From Octopus bimaculoides (taxonomy: Eukaryota), in NCBI RefSeq assembly GCF_001194135.2, contig NC_068997.1:51247587-51301756 (forward strand): DNA of 54,170 bases. Direction: 5' to 3'. The translations under genes were made by a program, and so were the position numbers. The notes under the pieces were generated by a model. The model did no database searches and was not told the origin of the DNA. It worked only from the letters and a program-made list of their open reading frames with translations. Shown piece after piece: positions 49,005-54,170 of this stretch; within the stretch, counting starts at the first letter, position 1, and each line of letters begins with the position of its first letter.

Positions 49005-49156
49005 TGCATACACATATATGTGCAGACACATACATACTCAAACATATGTACATATTTATACATGTATACATATCTATATATGTACATATATATATACACC
49101 TAGAGACATTTGTATACTGACACACACACACATAATATATAATGTATGCACACACA

Positions 49157-49192
<36 letters not shown>

Positions 49193-49343
49193 TATAGATA
49201 TAATATTTGAACACACCCATGCATATATATCAACATCCAAACACCTGCAAATGTATATTTTTTCTATATGCAAACATTTCCTTGAATTGATGTCTGTTTA
49301 CTCAGAATCTTTGTGTACAACCATAATTAGCACACACACACTA

Positions 49344-49378
<35 letters not shown>

Positions 49379-49610
49379 TGCACACATGTACATGTACACA
49401 TACAGCCTTCACAAACAAACACAGACGCACACACTAACATGTCCACATACAAACACGCATGCTTGTATCCATGCACAGAAATACACACACGTGTATACAC
49501 ATATGCATGTAAACACACATGTACATATATACAGATACATGTAAATACACGTACACACACTGATGTGTGGAGACATTCCTTCACATATACGCAATAACAC
49601 AAACATATAT

Positions 49611-49654
<44 letters not shown>

Positions 49655-49659
49655 GGCCA

Positions 49660-49783
49660 AGAACCAAATGGAGGGCAGATTTTTGATCTCAGGATCATCC
49701 TAATTCCAAAAAGATATATCTATGTAGAACAAACAGATAAAAATACAGGGGTCCTGGACAGACGGACAAACAGAATTTTGCAT
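49660..49783 (-). repeat. Left arm of a ~125-bp inverted repeat
   Basis: Reverse complement of 50475-50603 at roughly 80% identity by eye. Confidence 0.85.
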
Positions 49784-49807
49784 TTATTTATCATCATCAT
49801 CATAAAC

Positions 49808-49971
49808 ATAGGAGTGGCTGTGTGGTAAGTAGTTTGCTTACCAACCACATGATTCTGGGTTCAGTCCCACTGTGTGGCACCTTGGGCAAGTGTCTTCTAC
49901 TATAGCCTCGAGCCAACCAAAGCCTTGTGAGTGGATTTGGTAGATGGAAACTGAAAGAAGCCCGTCGCATA

Positions 49972-50002
<31 letters not shown>

Positions 50003-50222
50003 GTATGTGTGTGTATATGTTTGTGTGTCTGTGTTTGTCTCCCCAACATTGTTTGACAACTGAAGCTGGTTTGTTTACGTCCGTGTAACTTAGCGGTTCG
50101 GCAAAAGGAGACCGATAGAATAAGTACTAGGCTTACAAAGACTAAGTCCCGGGGTCGATTTGTTCGACTAAATGCAGTGCTCCAGCATGGCCACAGCCAA
50201 ATGACTGCCACAAGTAAAAGAG
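49808..50222 (+). mobile_element. Family B CORE-type SINE, full length
   Basis: Complete head, CORE part, internal (TA)n/(TG)n and 3' end. Confidence 0.9.
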
Positions 50223-50224
50223 AG

Positions 50225-50470
50225 AATAAAAGAATCGTCATCATCATCATCTTCATTTAACATCCATTATTGATGCTGGCATGGGTTGGACGGTTTGACT
50301 GGGCTGGCATTCTGGAAGGCTGCACCAGACTCTCAGGGTGGTTGGCATTAGGAAGGGCATCTGGCCATTGAAAACCATGCCAAACCAGCCCAGTCAAACT
50401 GTCCAACCCATACCAGCATGGACAACAGACGTTAAATGATAATGATGAAGATAATGATGATGATGATGAA
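50225..50470. mobile_element. Two RTE-tail elements back to back (tails pointing outward)
   Basis: Minus copy at about 50225-50330 with (cat)n; plus copy at about 50335-50470 with (gat)n. Confidence 0.8.
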
Positions 50471-50474
50471 TATT

Positions 50475-50603
50475 TGCAAAATTTTGTCTGTCCGTCTGTC
50501 TGGGACCCCTGTATCTCAATCTACATTTGCTCTACATAGACATATTATGCCTTTTTGGAATCAGGATGATCCTGGGATTGAAACTCCGCCCTCCATTTGG
50601 TCT
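50475..50603 (+). repeat. Right arm of the ~125-bp inverted repeat
   Basis: tgcaaaattttgtctgtccgtctgtc...ccctccatttggtct pairs with 49660-49783. Confidence 0.85.
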
Positions 50604-50674
50604 TTGAACATCCAGCATTGGATGCTTACGTGCTAACGTTTCTGCCAGCTCGTCTCCCTTCATGGATCATTGAT

Positions 50675-50962
50675 ATTACACCTGACAAGGCTACCACTAT
50701 ATCATAGATCTCTCTATAGGGTTATATCTATATCATAGGTACTCTACCTGATCCAGGCTACCTCTATATTATATGTCTTCTATAGTACACATGACAGAGC
50801 TATGTCTAAATCATACGTGTGCTATAATACACCAGTCCAGGGCTACCTTGTTATCACAGGTCTTCTACAGCACATCTGATGGGACTAGACGTGCTATAGT
50901 ACTCCTGACTAGTACTACTTGTCTAGCATAGATCTTCTATAGTACACCTGACCAGGGCTACC
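50675..50962. repeat. Degenerate ~43-bp minisatellite (TACACCTGACCAGGGCTACC...TCTTCTATAG)
   Basis: About 7 diverged units. Confidence 0.75.
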
Positions 50963-51249
50963 AACCAACTGTAGCACGGAATAAGAGGAATCTAATTCTG
51001 ATGCAGTATTTCCTGTTTACGCATGCTTGATGTGGGAACCATCAGTTGAATTTTTTTGACTTTCTGTAGAAACATCAGACGTAATGTGTGTTGGCAGTCT
51101 GTGGCCTCAAAATTGCATCAAGTAGAAAATAATCTGGTTTTTGCAAACACGTACGCACACACACACACACACACACCGTTCTAAAATGATTTTCAATGGT
51201 TCCAAGAGTTTTACCTGTGGTTCTTTTTATTTGCTAAGCCTGGATGGAG

Positions 51250-51410
51250 GTGCAGTGCTCATGATCTTTGCAGGTGAGATCGACACAGTTAATGTTCTGT
51301 TTCAACTGTTGTAGGTCAACATTTGCAGTAAAGACATGAGAAGGGAGAAGATTCCAGTGGGATGAATTTCTGGGGTGGGAAGATTGGATATAGTGCTTTC
51401 TACGGGTTAG
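51250..51410 (-). mobile_element. 3' end fragment of a CR1/L2/Jockey-group LINE
   Basis: Minus-strand ...cactggaatcttctcccttctcatgtc...gacctacaacagttgaaacagaacattaac reads HWNLLPSHVFTANVDLQQLKQNIN, resembling the WNxLP...FK ending. Confidence 0.5.
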
Positions 51411-51943
51411 TTATTGACCCAATTTGCTGACTTTTCCAATGGCATGCAGGTGTCGATGAATAGTTGAATAACTAAATCCAAGATTCTCTGCTAGTTCCTC
51501 AACAGTTACAATAGGATTTTGTTCCACCAGGGTTTACAGGATGTCCTCATTGAGTTCTACAGATCTTCCAAGATGAGGCTCGTCTTCTAGGCTGTAGTTT
51601 CCGGCTCGAAATTTCCGGAACTACTGTTAACACTGGCTTACACTTACTGTCCGATCCCAATATACTGCATTAATATTCCTCGCACTTTCTGTTGTGTTGT
51701 TGCCTTTATTGAACTCATAAAGCAAAATATGCCAAATATGTTCCTTTGTCACTTCCATTATAGCTTTGAAAAAATAACTGTTAAAATCGAACTGCACTCT
51801 TCAAAACTTGCACTAAGAATAAGGACAAGGTAAAATTACTACTTGCTTTTATAGCAAGATGATGCAGGTTGTTTATCCTGAACCCCTCCGACTTTTAGTT
51901 CATGTAATTCAAAAAACCGCATTATTTATGGGATGTTCCAATA
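51411..51943 (-). mobile_element. Mariner transposon 5' half (TIR plus transposase pseudogene)
   Basis: TIR tattggaacatcccataaataatgcggtttt (51943-51911). ORF from 51758 reads MEVTKEHIWHILLYEFNKGNNTTESARNINAVY...FRKFRAGNYSLEDEP..GR...TVEELAE.LG.SYSTIHRHLHAIGKVSKLGQ*, with 3 internal stops and no frameshift. Confidence 0.9.
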
Positions 51944-52524
51944 TATGTATATAATTAATAAATCATTATTTATTAATTAAAAAATTGACAAACATCCCTT
52001 ACAGCTATTTCAATTCCAGCCCTTCAGAAAATTAATTAATAAAATTAAAAATTATTTGATAGTCAAATCTCTTCAGAGGTAGATTAAGATACACAAAATA
52101 TGTGCTCAATTCCTGCATGTTGAGTAAACGACTGCAAACCGCTAACTAATATGTGTATGTGTAATCATTATTACTGTTTCTGTCTTCCATGCTGGCATGG
52201 GTTGGGCAGTTTGACAGAAGTTGGCAAGCTGAAGAGCTACACTAGGTGCCATCGTCTGTTTTGGGATGATTTCTATGGTTGAATGAACCTTCCTAACACC
52301 AAGAAATATATAGCTAATTAAAATATATGCCACTGTACTTTATGATCGAACGAGATCAAGTATATTGGTGTATGGTGTGTGACACTAATATCATTGTGAC
52401 TTTTTAGAAAGAACTTTAACATCTGTCTCTCTGTCTGTCTTATCTATATAAATATATATATCTGACTATCTATTTATCTGTACACACACACATACACTTA
52501 CATACACACACACTTACATATGCG

Positions 52525-52579
<55 letters not shown>

Positions 52580-52627
52580 ATTGATGTATGTTTATTATAT
52601 TAACATAGACATTACATTGTTTTACCA

Positions 52628-52972
52628 AGGGTCAAGGGTAAAGACCCCCTTCGGTCATGACCATGCGATGCAACCTAGAAAGTTTCTCTCTGAGGCACAA
52701 GTCCAGGTAAGGTTGTTTATGGAAGACCAGTAGTTTCCCATGCATGCCAGCCTCCCCTCTCCATGTCACTGATGTTATCCAAGGGAAAGGCAAAGGGGCC
52801 GATACAGCTTGGCACCAGTGACTTCACAACTCATTTCTACAGCTGAGCGAACTGGAGCAACGTGAAATAAAGTGTCTTGCTCAAGAATACAACACACAGC
52901 CCGGTCTGGGAATCGAACTCACTATCTCATGATTGTGAGCTTGACACTCTAACCACTGAGCCATGCACCTTT
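52628..52972 (-). mobile_element. tRNA-headed CORE-type SINE ('family F')
   Basis: Minus-strand A/B boxes (tggctcagtgg; gagttcgattcc), then tgtattcttgagcaagacactttatttcacgttgctccagttcgctcagctgtagaaatgag. A degenerate relative lies at about 34370-34590. Confidence 0.85.
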
Positions 52973-53654
52973 GGTATAGAACCCATGCATATTAATATAT
53001 ATGCCGATGCCATTGTTCTTTGTGTCAACTACCCTGGATGGTATCTTTTGTTGTAAACCTTTTCTGCTTGTATCATACAACATACACTATTTTCAACCAA
53101 AAGTATTTACATATCCATTTGTAAATGACTGATATACTTGCAAATAAAACCTTAAATTGCAGATATCTCACACATATCTAAACATAAATACTTGCTTGAT
53201 ATCACAAGCTTTTATTCACAGAACTGTTATCACTTCCCAACTGTTGATATCACATTCTTTACATGACAAAAAACTACATTTGAGGCAAGGTATGGTTGAC
53301 TACGGAGGTATCACATCTAGTTTGCCTCATATCAACTTATCACAAGTATTAATAGCATTGTGACCCACCACTGTATATCGTACGAACATGGATATCAGTA
53401 TAATCTGCTCACCAGACTGATTCAAGAGTCGAACATTTCTTTTTCCTCCAGAGACTTCCTCTGAGTCTGAGGCCTGGTAATGTAGTCAGACTAGAAAAAA
53501 ATAAAAAAAAGAAACTAAAACATCAATAAAAACATATTAAAACACCCCCCACTGCGACACTTAATAAGTAAAAATTTAGAAACAAAATAAATATATCGTA
53601 CGATATGTGAACAAATTTAGTTTGTATATATTGACATGGTTTAAAACCACTACA

Positions 53655-53666
53655 TGAGCTTTGATA

Positions 53667-53701
<35 letters not shown>

Positions 53702-53771
53702 GTGGAAATATATATGTATATATATCTATGTATATATATATATGTGTGGAAATATATATGTATATATATCT

Positions 53772-53802
<31 letters not shown>

Positions 53803-53803
53803 G

Positions 53804-53869
<66 letters not shown>

Positions 53870-54077
53870 ATATATATATATATATATATCTATGTGTGTA
53901 TATATGTATGTGTATATAGATATGCATATATATATATATGTATATATATGTATGTGTATATAGATATGTATATATATAAAATATAATATTATATAAATAT
54001 TCATATATATGATAATATAATATGTATATATGTATGCATATATATATATATATATATATGCGTATATAGGTACAGGA

Positions 54078-54110
<33 letters not shown>

Positions 54111-54128
54111 GCATATATAGGTACAGGA

Positions 54129-54170
<42 letters not shown>
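53655..54170. repeat. (TA)n field with higher-order units (gtggaaat... x3; ggtacaggat... x2)
   Basis: Directly visible. Confidence 0.95.

Overview
This is repeat-dominated, AT-rich eukaryotic DNA from a gapped draft assembly: 15 N-runs total about 4.6 kb, and almost all abut microsatellites or homopolymers. The SINE and LINE families look like those of Octopus or another coleoid cephalopod; that assignment comes from sequence recognition, not a database search. Nearly every ORF in the supplied track is an artefact of microsatellites or N-runs. Well supported content: (1) about 50 tRNA-derived SINE copies and RTE-type LINE 3' tails; (2) fossil coding fragments of a Helitron Rep/Hel, RTE LINEs (endonuclease, linker, C-terminus, zinc finger), an R4/Dong-like LINE and two mariner elements; (3) small non-autonomous DNA elements, namely two tandem piggyBac-like MITEs, a hAT MITE with an 8-bp target-site duplication (TSD) and a Helentron-like element; (4) many micro- and minisatellites. 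I could not name any host gene. Several short exon-like islands with canonical splice sites occur on both strands, including a phase-consistent minus-strand chain and a strong plus-strand 96-nt exon, but these are unverified hypotheses. I found no convincing previously undescribed biological system. The best leads are a nested fold-back at 49.7-50.6 kb, a perfect 15-bp hairpin covering a candidate splice acceptor at 25.0 kb, head-to-tail SINE stacks in (ATT)n tracts, and the candidate small-exon chains.
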